From positions 591,187-655,186 of the forward strand of contig CAVQZO010000003.1 of the NCBI GenBank assembly GCA_963718545.1: a DNA stretch of 64,000 nt, given 5' to 3'. This DNA comes from an uncultured Solirubrobacterales bacterium. Its GTDB lineage: Bacteria; Actinomycetota; Thermoleophilia; Solirubrobacterales; Solirubrobacteraceae. How positions within the stretch are numbered: the stretch's first letter is position 1; every line of letters begins with the position of its first letter. Below are positions 56,291 through 64,000 of the stretch, piece by piece. The position numbers and the translations under genes were made by a program. Below the pieces are notes generated by a model. That model was given only the letters and a program-made list of their open reading frames with translations, searched no databases and was not told the origin of the DNA.

Positions 56291-57418
56291 TCATCCGGCT
56301 CTGGCGGTGGCCGGCAGCTGCACAGACTCGATCGGCTCGGCGAGCGGCATACAGATCGCCGCCGGGTGTGTCTCCCGCTGCAGGGTTCGGCGCAACTGCA
56401 CGAACGCGACGCTGCCGAGCAACCCGGGAACCCACAACGCGATCACGTGATACGCGAGGACAGCAGCGGTCGTCGCGGCGAGCGGCTGATGGTAGAGGGC
56501 AAAGGTGCCGATCAGCCCCGCGTCCATGCCGCCGATCCCACCTGGGATCGGCAAGTTGCCCCCTAGCTGACCGATCAGGTAGCCAAGCGCGAGGATCCCG
56601 ACCGCCGGCGAATAGCCAAACGCCTTAAAGCAGACTCCGAGAACCACGAGGTCCAATCCCATCACTCCGAACGAACCCAACAGGATTCCGGTTGGCCGCG
56701 TGCGGAGCATCCGCAGCGCGTCGCGGATGCCCTGGCCCAGCGAGTTGCGGACAAACCAAACACCCTGCGCGACCCGCCTCGAATTAGGAGCGGGCGCAGC
56801 GAGCGGCGGTCGCAGCCTCGGGAGCCCAAACAGAACAACCGCACTAACGAGCACCGATGCGACACCGAACCCGTAGGTCAGCGCCGGGTTGCGATCGTGG
56901 TGCAGAACGCCAGCCGCGTACAGGACGGCGAACACGACCAGCACCGTCACATTGGCCAGGCTGGTGAGGAAGAAGAAGGCGACCGAGCGCCGGGCGATGT
57001 GCTCAGTACCCATTCCCGCGCGCCGTAGCGCCCACACCCCGAGTGCAAGTCCGCCGGCGCCGCTCACTGAAAGCACCGAATTGGCCCCCTGTTCCGCCAT
57101 GCCGATCTGATAGCTGAGCCGCCAGCTCATCGGGGCGCAGAACACGGCCCGAAATATCACGACGTAACACAGCGTCGAGAGAATCTCCAGCCCGACCCCC
57201 GCCACCAGCCATTCGACCGAGGCGTTGGCGAGTTCGTGACGCAGCCGGTCCAGGCTCGGTACGGCGATCACCACGGCGACGACAACCACGCCAACCAGTG
57301 CGAACTCGAACAACCGGCGCCACAGGCGTCTCGGACTCAGCTCGTCGGGGACCGCAGCCTCGAGATCGTCTCCAGCTGCCCGTGAGCTGACGCCCGGTCC
57401 GATCAAATCCTCTGGCAT
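56291..57418 (-). CDS. Second LPG-synthase TM-region (YbhN/UPF0104) flippase-like protein
   Basis: Multi-TM; LPIPGGIGGMD, AVLAYHVIALWVP. Confidence 0.82.
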   Translation of the reverse strand: MPEDLIGPGVSSRAAGDDLEAAVPDELSPRRLWRRLFEFALVGVVVVAVVIAVPSLDRLRHELANASVEWLVAGVGLEILSTLCYVVIFRAVFCAPMSWRLSYQIGMAEQGANSVLSVSGAGGLALGVWALRRAGMGTEHIARRSVAFFFLTSLANVTVLVVFAVLYAAGVLHHDRNPALTYGFGVASVLVSAVVLFGLPRLRPPLAAPAPNSRRVAQGVWFVRNSLGQGIRDALRMLRTRPTGILLGSFGVMGLDLVVLGVCFKAFGYSPAVGILALGYLIGQLGGNLPIPGGIGGMDAGLIGTFALYHQPLAATTAAVLAYHVIALWVPGLLGSVAFVQLRRTLQRETHPAAICMPLAEPIESVQLPATARAG

Positions 57419-57451
57419 GGTCCGCCCCACAGCGACGGCGCTGACATGCCT

Positions 57452-59482
57452 TTAGGCTACGCCTGCCTCCAGGTCGGCTGCCCGCAGAGGAACTCCTGCG
57501 GCGGCATAGGCCTCCGGGGCATCGAGCGTTTCCGCCTCCAGCAGGGCACGGGTGAGGCTCTCCAGTTGTTCGCGGTGGTCGCTGAGCAAACGCGTCACCT
57601 CAGCGTGGGCCTCGTCGACGAACCGCCTCACCTCCTCGTCGATCATGAACTGCATCTGCGGAGAGGTCTCGGCGGCGCCCGGCAGCAGGTACCCGCCGGT
57701 GCCCTCGGCCGGAAGCAGGGCGATCGGGCCGAGCTTGTCGCTCATGCCCCAGCGGCCGACCATCTGGCGGGCTATCTGAGTGAGCTGCTGGATGTCGGAC
57801 TCGGCGCCGGTGGTGATCTTCTCGTAGGTGAGCTCCTCGGCCACTCGGCCGGCCAGGGCGACTCGGATCTTCGCCTCGAGCTGTTCGCGGCTGTAGCCGA
57901 CGGGGTCCGTGTCGGGCGTGGCCAGGGTGACCCCCAGGGCTTGGCCGCGCGGAATGATCGAGACCTTGCGGACGGGATCGGCGTCGGGGGTGAGCATGCC
58001 GACCAGGGCGTGGCCAGACTCGTGGTACGCGGTCCGCTCCCGGTCGGCCTGGCTCAGGATGATCCCGCGCGGGGCACCGAGAATGATCTTCTCGAGCGAG
58101 TCGGTGAAGTCGGCCATCTGGACGGTGCGGTGACTGCGCCGAGCGGCCAGCAACGCCGCCTCGTTGCACAGGTTGGCCAGGTCGGCGCCCACCATCCCGG
58201 GCGTGGTGGCCGCGATCGTCTCGAGCTTGACACTGTCGCCGAGCGGCATCGAGCGGGTATGGACCTGGAGGATCTTCAAGCGCCCCTCCTTGTCGGGCGG
58301 CTGAACCGCCACACGGCGGTCGAACCGGCCTGCGCGGAGGAGGGCTGGATCGAGGATCTCCGGGCGGTTGGTCGCGCCGAGCACGACGACCGCCTCGTTG
58401 GAGTCAAATCCGTCCATCTCCGTGAGGATCTGATCGAGCGTCTGCTCGCGCTCGTCGTTGGCGCCAGTTATCCCAGCCGAGCCCTGACGTGAGCGTCCAA
58501 TCGCGTCAAGCTCGTCGATGAAGATGATCGACGGCGCCGCCTCCTTGGCCTTGGCAAACAGGTCGCGCACGCGGGCCGCACCGACGCCGACGATCGCCTC
58601 GATGAACTCCGAGGCGGCGATCGAGAAGAAGGCGGCGTGTGCCTCGCCCGCCACCGCCCTCGCCAGCAGCGTCTTGCCAGTTCCGGGCGGGCCATACAGC
58701 AGGACGCCATGGGGCATCCGGCCGCCGAGCGCCTGGTAGCGCTCGGGGGTCTTCAAGAAGTCGACGATCTCCGTCAGCTCTGCCTTCGCCTCGTCAATCC
58801 CGGCCACGTCATCGAAGGTGACGCGGATCTGCTCGGGGTTCACGCGACGGGCCTGGGAGCGTCCGAAGTTGCCAAGCCCCCCGAGACCCCCGCCGCCGGC
58901 AGCGCTCGCGGCGCGGCGCGCCAGGAAGACGAATAGCACCACGAGCAGGATCGTCGGCCCGAACCCGAGCAGGATCTCGGACAGCACCGAGCCCGCGCTC
59001 GGGGACTTCGCGTTGACCTGCACGCCGTGGCCCTGGAGCAGCGAGGTGAGTTCCGCGCTGCTCCAGAACGCCGGCACCTGCGTGGCGAACAGCGTCGTCG
59101 CCGTGGCGTTCTTGCCATCAGCGGGGTACTTCAGCTTGATCGTGAACGTGCCCTGGACCTGATCGCCCTTGGTCGAGATCGACTTGACGTGGCCCTGTTC
59201 GACCTGGCTGATGAAGTACGGGCTGAACGGCACAGTCACCCGCGGCTGTGCCCCCGGGTGGACCAAGAGGACCGACAGCCAGTTGATGGCCAGGAGGACC
59301 AGAACGAAGATCCAGAAACTGCGCAGGCGGTGGGGAGGCCGCGGCTTGTGCTCGTCGGGCATGCCACGGCCATCGGGAGCGGGAGCCACCCGCCACCCCC
59401 GCCGGTCATGGGACAGCGGCGCGCGCGGCTCGGGCCCGGCGGAGGAACGCTGACCAGCGGTGTCGGATGTCGTCTCAGTCAC
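57452..59482 (-). CDS. ftsH: ATP-dependent zinc metalloprotease FtsH
   Basis: Two TM; [36 protein letters not shown]. Confidence 0.97.
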   Translation of the reverse strand: MTETTSDTAGQRSSAGPEPRAPLSHDRRGWRVAPAPDGRGMPDEHKPRPPHRLRSFWIFVLVLLAINWLSVLLVHPGAQPRVTVPFSPYFISQVEQGHVKSISTKGDQVQGTFTIKLKYPADGKNATATTLFATQVPAFWSSAELTSLLQGHGVQVNAKSPSAGSVLSEILLGFGPTILLVVLFVFLARRAASAAGGGGLGGLGNFGRSQARRVNPEQIRVTFDDVAGIDEAKAELTEIVDFLKTPERYQALGGRMPHGVLLYGPPGTGKTLLARAVAGEAHAAFFSIAASEFIEAIVGVGAARVRDLFAKAKEAAPSIIFIDELDAIGRSRQGSAGITGANDEREQTLDQILTEMDGFDSNEAVVVLGATNRPEILDPALLRAGRFDRRVAVQPPDKEGRLKILQVHTRSMPLGDSVKLETIAATTPGMVGADLANLCNEAALLAARRSHRTVQMADFTDSLEKIILGAPRGIILSQADRERTAYHESGHALVGMLTPDADPVRKVSIIPRGQALGVTLATPDTDPVGYSREQLEAKIRVALAGRVAEELTYEKITTGAESDIQQLTQIARQMVGRWGMSDKLGPIALLPAEGTGGYLLPGAAETSPQMQFMIDEEVRRFVDEAHAEVTRLLSDHREQLESLTRALLEAETLDAPEAYAAAGVPLRAADLEAGVA

Positions 59483-59726
59483 CTAACTCGCCAACGTCCG
59501 GATCGTGGGAGACGAGTGCGCCGCGGGGCCATGGAAGGAGTATCTACGAATTTCTTGTGGAAACCTGAAGAGGATCCACCGCACCACGGCTGAGCATCCT
59601 TCCCGCACAGAGCAAGACCTTCGAGCTCCGCGCCGCGGTGAGCGTCGGCTCACCGAAGGAGGACACCGCGGTTGGTTCCTGCAATCCGGCCTCCGGTACG
59701 GCCTGATAGGTGATGGAATGCGTCGT

Positions 59727-60008
59727 ATGACCGACGACGCCGATCCTCCCCCCGCCGCGCCCGATCCCGACGACCACGTCGCCCGCCTGCAGGCGCAGAT
59801 CGACGCCGCCAAGGCCCGTCGTGCTGGCTACCGTGCGCAGTCGGCCGAGACGGTCGCCCGAGGGGGCCCCGAACGTCCGACCGACGCGGAGTTGGGGATC
59901 ATCAAGACCGACGATACGGTCGGCAGGATCGCTGCTGACGCCAGTCAGGAGGTCCGGAGTAGGCTGAGCCGCCTGACGTCGCGGTTCGGGCGGCGCGGGA
60001 AGGAGTAG
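59727..60008 (+). CDS. Hypothetical small helical protein
   Basis: MTDDADPP...RLQAQIDAAKARRAG...; coding-like GC3; start uncertain. Confidence 0.5.
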   Translation: MTDDADPPPAAPDPDDHVARLQAQIDAAKARRAGYRAQSAETVARGGPERPTDAELGIIKTDDTVGRIAADASQEVRSRLSRLTSRFGRRGKE

Positions 60009-60110
60009 GCGAACGGTAGCCGACAGCCTCGTTGGTCAGGCGCGTGTTTGAACTCTGCCGACTCTCGGAGTGGGTGACGCTTGCAGACGCTGCGCGGGCT
60101 GAGGGCAAGA

Positions 60111-60158
60111 GCCGCCACATCCAGCAGCGCCCGCCCCGGCGCTGCTGGATCTGGCGGC
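60111..60158. repeat. 21-bp-arm inverted repeat
   Basis: GCCGCCACATCCAGCAGCGCC pairs with GGCGCTGCTGGATCTGGCGGC, 1 mismatch, 6-nt loop. Confidence 0.8.
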
Positions 60159-60765
60159 GCGTGTCGCCCGTCAGACACGCGCCTGGCCGCCGGAAGCGCC
60201 CCTCCGGCGGCCAGGCCTCCTTACCCCCTGAGCGGACCGGTGCGATCCATCACCCACCCCGCTGGCCGAGCGGCAGCGGCAGGGCGTAACTCCGCCCATA
60301 CCCGGTTCCCGTTGAGACTGCTTCTCTCCACAGCCAACCATCACTTCCCGCGGTAGTCCGATACGGAAAGGTGGTCAGCAACCCGGCAGCCACAGCGCGT
60401 CCGCCAAGCGTCCAACGACCTCGAGAGCAGCCTTGCCGGGCACCCGCAAAAGGAACCCGGTCTCGTCCGCCGCCCCAAAACCTATTACCTAGGTCAAGTC
60501 CGTGCCCGATCGGCGCTGCGGCAGGGAGGCGTCGACAAACCGATGTCGGACAACCCCAGGTGCAGCCTTATCTGCAGCCCACTGTGTTGGCCAACGAAAG
60601 CGGGAGCCAGGCGCATATGCTCGTGCGACGACGCCGGGGGCTGTGCAGAACGTCGGCGTAGTCAACGATCACATCCACGGCTGCCTCCGAGCCTGCGACT
60701 ACACCTAACCTCCAACCAAGGCCTGACAGGCGGCGTGCCCCGCGACCCATAGGAGAAATCGACAG

Positions 60766-61116
60766 ATGCCAGAGCAACTCGTTGGAACCGTTGAGGAGCT
60801 TGGACCCGGATCGGTCCGCGGAATCGGAGACTGGGCGGTGCTCAACGTCGACGGCGAGCGCTACGCCGTCTCGCGGCGCTGCCGGCATCTGCGCGCCGAT
60901 CTCGCGAACGGCAACATCGACGAGGACGGTTGTCTCGTCTGCCCGTGGCACCAATCCCGCTATGACCCTTCAACCGGCCGGATGCTCGTCGGGCCCCAGG
61001 CGGGATTCCAGAAAGTGCCGGGGCTCGACGCCGCGTTCATCCAGCTAACGAAGCTCTGGCCGCTCCGCCGCGCTCAGGTCGTCGAGCGTGGCGGCAAGGT
61101 CTACGTGCGCAGCTGA
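60766..61116 (+). CDS. Stand-alone Rieske [2Fe-2S] ferredoxin
   Basis: AGGAG RBS; CRH and CPWH boxes. Confidence 0.9.
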   Translation: MPEQLVGTVEELGPGSVRGIGDWAVLNVDGERYAVSRRCRHLRADLANGNIDEDGCLVCPWHQSRYDPSTGRMLVGPQAGFQKVPGLDAAFIQLTKLWPLRRAQVVERGGKVYVRS

Positions 61117-61181
61117 TTTGTGTTGCTGTCTGATCGGGGACCGACAGCGCCGGCTCGACCAGCTCGCCGAAGCATCGTGGT

Positions 61182-61634
61182 TCAGGCGTGCCTGTGCACG
61201 ATCAGCACGGTACGTCCCGAGTGCGCCGCGACGGCGGCCGCCACGCTGCCGAGGAAAACGCCTGCGAGACCGCTCTTGCCGTGGGAACCGAGCGCGATCA
61301 GGCTCGCGTCGCGGTCGTCGGCGACGCGGGCGATCCCCTTCCACGTTGGCGCTTCGGTGAGCTCGAGACTCTCGGCGTGGAAGCCTGCTGCCTGTGCCAG
61401 CGATGCTCCGTGCGCGGCGGTTTGCTCAGCAGCTCTTTTGACCTCGTCGCTTGCTGCCGCGTTGAACTCGACCCCCGGCGGCGCAATGAACCCGACCACG
61501 AACGGACGCCATACGGTCAGCACGATGGCGTCCCGTCCGCCTGCCAGCTGGCGGGCCGCCTCTTCGATCGCGAGCCCGGCCAGTTCCGAGCCGTCGTAGG
61601 CGAACAGCACCGGGCCAAGGTCGCCGGCGCTCAT
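61182..61634 (-). CDS. Universal stress protein
   Basis: FAYDGS; LIALGSHG.SG...FLGSV. Confidence 0.92.
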   Translation of the reverse strand: MSAGDLGPVLFAYDGSELAGLAIEEAARQLAGGRDAIVLTVWRPFVVGFIAPPGVEFNAAASDEVKRAAEQTAAHGASLAQAAGFHAESLELTEAPTWKGIARVADDRDASLIALGSHGKSGLAGVFLGSVAAAVAAHSGRTVLIVHRHA

Positions 61635-63193
61635 GCCGCTGTGCCGGCCCGATCGGCAGCGGGCTCCGCCGAGTCGCCGTTCCGCGGGCCGCCATAGCGT
61701 CCGGCCGCGTCACATGCGAGCGGCTCGGTCAGAACCGTCGCCCTGGAGGAGTCACGGATTCGGGCGAGCAGCGGCGGCGAGTACCAGGCCGGCGCCTCGC
61801 CGCTCTGCCATGTCTCGAGTGCCGGCGCCGGCGGGCGTACCCCGCCGAGCGCATAAAGGGAGACCGCGAACAGCGTGCCGGCGCTGGCGATCCCGAGGCA
61901 GATCCACAGCGCGGTCCGTGTGCCCGCCGCCGGGCTCCCTCCGGCGGTCGTGGCCACATGTACCAGCACCGGCCCGACCGCGAATGCTGCAACTGCTCGC
62001 AACAGCTCGATGATCGCGAACACGCGCTGGAGGGCGTTGTTGCGCAGCGAGAAGCCGGCGATGAACAGCGCCGGCGCCACCGAGCCGCCGACGCCGAGTC
62101 CGACCAGTCCAGAGCCGATCGCCATACGCAGCGACGTGGGCGGGAGGTGAGACAGAAGCACCAGGATCCCAACGATCAGCGAAAGCATTCCTCCGAGCAC
62201 GAGGTAGTGGAGACCCCGGGTACGGAAGACCACGCCGAGCAGAACCGCGGTGATCAGCGCAGCGATGAACTCGGGGAACTGAAGCAGGCCCAGGTGCACG
62301 GGACTGAACTTGCCTGCGAGCAGGACGGCGGCCAGCGCGATCGCGGATATGGAGCTCGCCGCGGCGCACATGGCAACCAAGATCCCGCTCACCGGCAGCG
62401 TGCTGCCGAGCGGGCGAATGCACAGCAGCGGACGCTTGGCGCGGTACTGGTACATCAGGAGAACCACGATCAGCCCGAGCCCACATGCCAGCGGCACGAG
62501 CGTCATGACGTCCACGAACGGGTGGGTGAGCAGCTCCGATGCGCCGTAGAACAGGGCCACGCAGCCGGCGGCAGCCAGTGCGACGGGGAGAGGGTTGCGA
62601 GTGGCGCTGCGGTCAGCCGGCGGCGCGTCCTGAAAGGTCAGCAGCGACACGACCAGCGCCGCGGCCGCGATCCCCGCGATGATCCAAAACAACGGACGCC
62701 ACCCGTTGGCTTGCGCCTGGATGCCGCCCACCAGCGGCCCTAGCGCGACTGCTCCGAAGATGCAGACATTTAGGATCATCGCCGTCCAGCGCAGCTTCGA
62801 GAGCGAAAACGAGACGACGAGCGGGGGCACGGCCGCGATCAGCAGGAGGCTCGTGCACAGACCCTGCAAGACATGGCCGGCGATGAAGAAGCCCGCGTCG
62901 GGCGCGGCCGCCGCGAGCACGGAGCCGAGTACCAGCAGCGCGCCATAGAGGACCAGCATCCGGCGCTGGGGGAGGTGCTGAGCCAAGAGCACCGCCAGGA
63001 CCGTGCCCACGGCATAGCCGGCGTTGGCCATGCCCGAGCTCAGGCTCATGGCCTGCAGACTCATGTGCAGGTCCCTGGCGATGATCGGGGTGATCGGCGC
63101 GAGCGCCGCTGAGAGCGCCAGGTACGGCACGAGGGCGAAGATCACCATCGCCGCAGCCGCCGGATAACGGCCGGCCCAGGGACCCTGTCGCAT
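61631..63193 (-). CDS. MFS transporter (DHA2-like, ~14 TM)
   Basis: Many TM segments; GHVLQG, LGPLVGG, WRPLFW. Confidence 0.88.
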   Translation of the reverse strand: MRQGPWAGRYPAAAAMVIFALVPYLALSAALAPITPIIARDLHMSLQAMSLSSGMANAGYAVGTVLAVLLAQHLPQRRMLVLYGALLVLGSVLAAAAPDAGFFIAGHVLQGLCTSLLLIAAVPPLVVSFSLSKLRWTAMILNVCIFGAVALGPLVGGIQAQANGWRPLFWIIAGIAAAALVVSLLTFQDAPPADRSATRNPLPVALAAAGCVALFYGASELLTHPFVDVMTLVPLACGLGLIVVLLMYQYRAKRPLLCIRPLGSTLPVSGILVAMCAAASSISAIALAAVLLAGKFSPVHLGLLQFPEFIAALITAVLLGVVFRTRGLHYLVLGGMLSLIVGILVLLSHLPPTSLRMAIGSGLVGLGVGGSVAPALFIAGFSLRNNALQRVFAIIELLRAVAAFAVGPVLVHVATTAGGSPAAGTRTALWICLGIASAGTLFAVSLYALGGVRPPAPALETWQSGEAPAWYSPPLLARIRDSSRATVLTEPLACDAAGRYGGPRNGDSAEPAADRAGTAA

Positions 63194-63263
63194 CAGTCGA
63201 TTTCCGCGTTCACGCCTGCCATCTCATGATAAGCCCAACGCCGCCCGACGAATCGAGCCGCCC

Positions 63264-63431
63264 TCAGCTGCGGATGGAACCGACCTCTCTGTGGGACAGC
63301 CCGGGCGACTCGCAGCGAGCGGTGTCGCACACGAACGGCCGGCCTTCGGAGTCGAGGTGGAAGTGGACGTCTTCGTGCTCCGGTCTCGCAGAGACGGCGC
63401 GTGCGATGGATTTTGCGACGCGGTGTTTCAT
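63264..63431 (-). CDS. 55-aa small protein with HxH and CxxxxC (not in ORF track)
   Basis: MKHRVAKSIARAVSARPEHEDVHFHLDSEGRPFVCDTARCESPGLSHREVGSIRS; the ATG overlaps the HAD stop (ATGA). Confidence 0.65.
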   Translation of the reverse strand: MKHRVAKSIARAVSARPEHEDVHFHLDSEGRPFVCDTARCESPGLSHREVGSIRS

Positions 63432-64000
63432 GTCGGTGTCTGCACTTTCGTCGGTGTTGGTGTAGCGGGTGTCGTGGTTAGCGAGGCAAGGTTGTCGACG
63501 ATCGCGTGCGCTTCACGCAGCTCGTAATCGGAATGAGTGGTGCGCAGTGCGATCACGGTGGCGCCGGCCGCGCGGCCGGCACGGATCCCGGCGGGTGCGT
63601 CCTCGAGGACGACGCAACGCGCGGGCTCGGTGCCGAGGCGACGTGCGGCGATCAGGAAGCACGCGGGATCCGGCTTACCCCGCTTGAGGCCGTCGGATGA
63701 GACGACCACTCGAGGGGCGGGGAGACCGGCAGCGCGCAGGCGCGCCCGCGCGAGCCCGCTGGAGCACGAGGTCACGATCGCCAGCTGCCGATGCCCGGCC
63801 AGCAGCGCGTCGGCGCCCGGCAGCGCGATGACCCCGTCCGTGTCGTTGGCCTCGGCGTCCTCGACTGTGGCCGCCTCGAGATCCTGGTCGGCGCGCGGCG
63901 CGAGCAGGCCGATCGTCTCACGCGAGGGGCGACCCTGAGCGAACCGGAAGACGTCCTCCGGGTCGAGGCCGTGGCGAGCGGCGAACGCGCTCCAGGTCCG
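63428..64000 (-). CDS. HAD-IA hydrolase (sugar/glycerol phosphatase-like), 5'-truncated by window edge
   Basis: Frame open from 64000: RTWSAFAARHG...IVTS...RGKPDPACF...LEDAPAGIRAG. Confidence 0.9.
   Translation of the reverse strand, partial: RTWSAFAARHGLDPEDVFRFAQGRPSRETIGLLAPRADQDLEAATVEDAEANDTDGVIALPGADALLAGHRQLAIVTSCSSGLARARLRAAGLPAPRVVVSSDGLKRGKPDPACFLIAARRLGTEPARCVVLEDAPAGIRAGRAAGATVIALRTTHSDYELREAHAIVDNLASLTTTPATPTPTKVQTPT

Noticed and set aside
60360-60480. c-di-GMP-I or c-di-AMP riboswitch upstream of the Rieske gene
   Set aside because: Only scattered GAAA/GCAAA words; the consensus P1/P2 architecture could not be built by eye. Needs an Infernal scan.

Overview
A very GC-rich actinobacterial chromosomal segment. 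Gene content suggests Thermoleophilia/Solirubrobacterales, but this is inference. No CRISPR array, prophage, integrase or transposase was seen. Main contents: (1) the C-terminal part of an S53 sedolisin-like protease with IPT/TIG repeats; (2) a DsbA/FrnE-family gene that the ORF track truncates, because it has an in-frame TGA in a U-P-F-C motif followed by a SECIS-like hairpin, making it a probable selenoprotein; (3) a chitosan/chito-oligosaccharide catabolic locus with an ABC importer, a GH4-sugar kinase fusion, an MsiK-like ATPase, a ROK repressor, a NodB deacetylase, a divergent SIS-type GlcN-6-P deaminase and a CsnR-type operator; (4) assorted accessory genes; (5) a desaturase plus fatty acyl reductase pair with a divergent PucR regulator; (6) tRNA-Arg(ACG) and tRNA-Ser(TGA); (7) an Lrp-linked polyamine uptake/catabolism operon; (8) an ECF41/SigJ-CMD pair with its promoter; (9) tandem cytoplasmic HtrA-like genes, one lacking the catalytic His; (10) ftsH; (11) a HAD / small ORF / MFS / USP cluster. 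Three long intergenic palindromes and several gene remnants were also seen. All calls come from motif recognition by eye; no searches were run.
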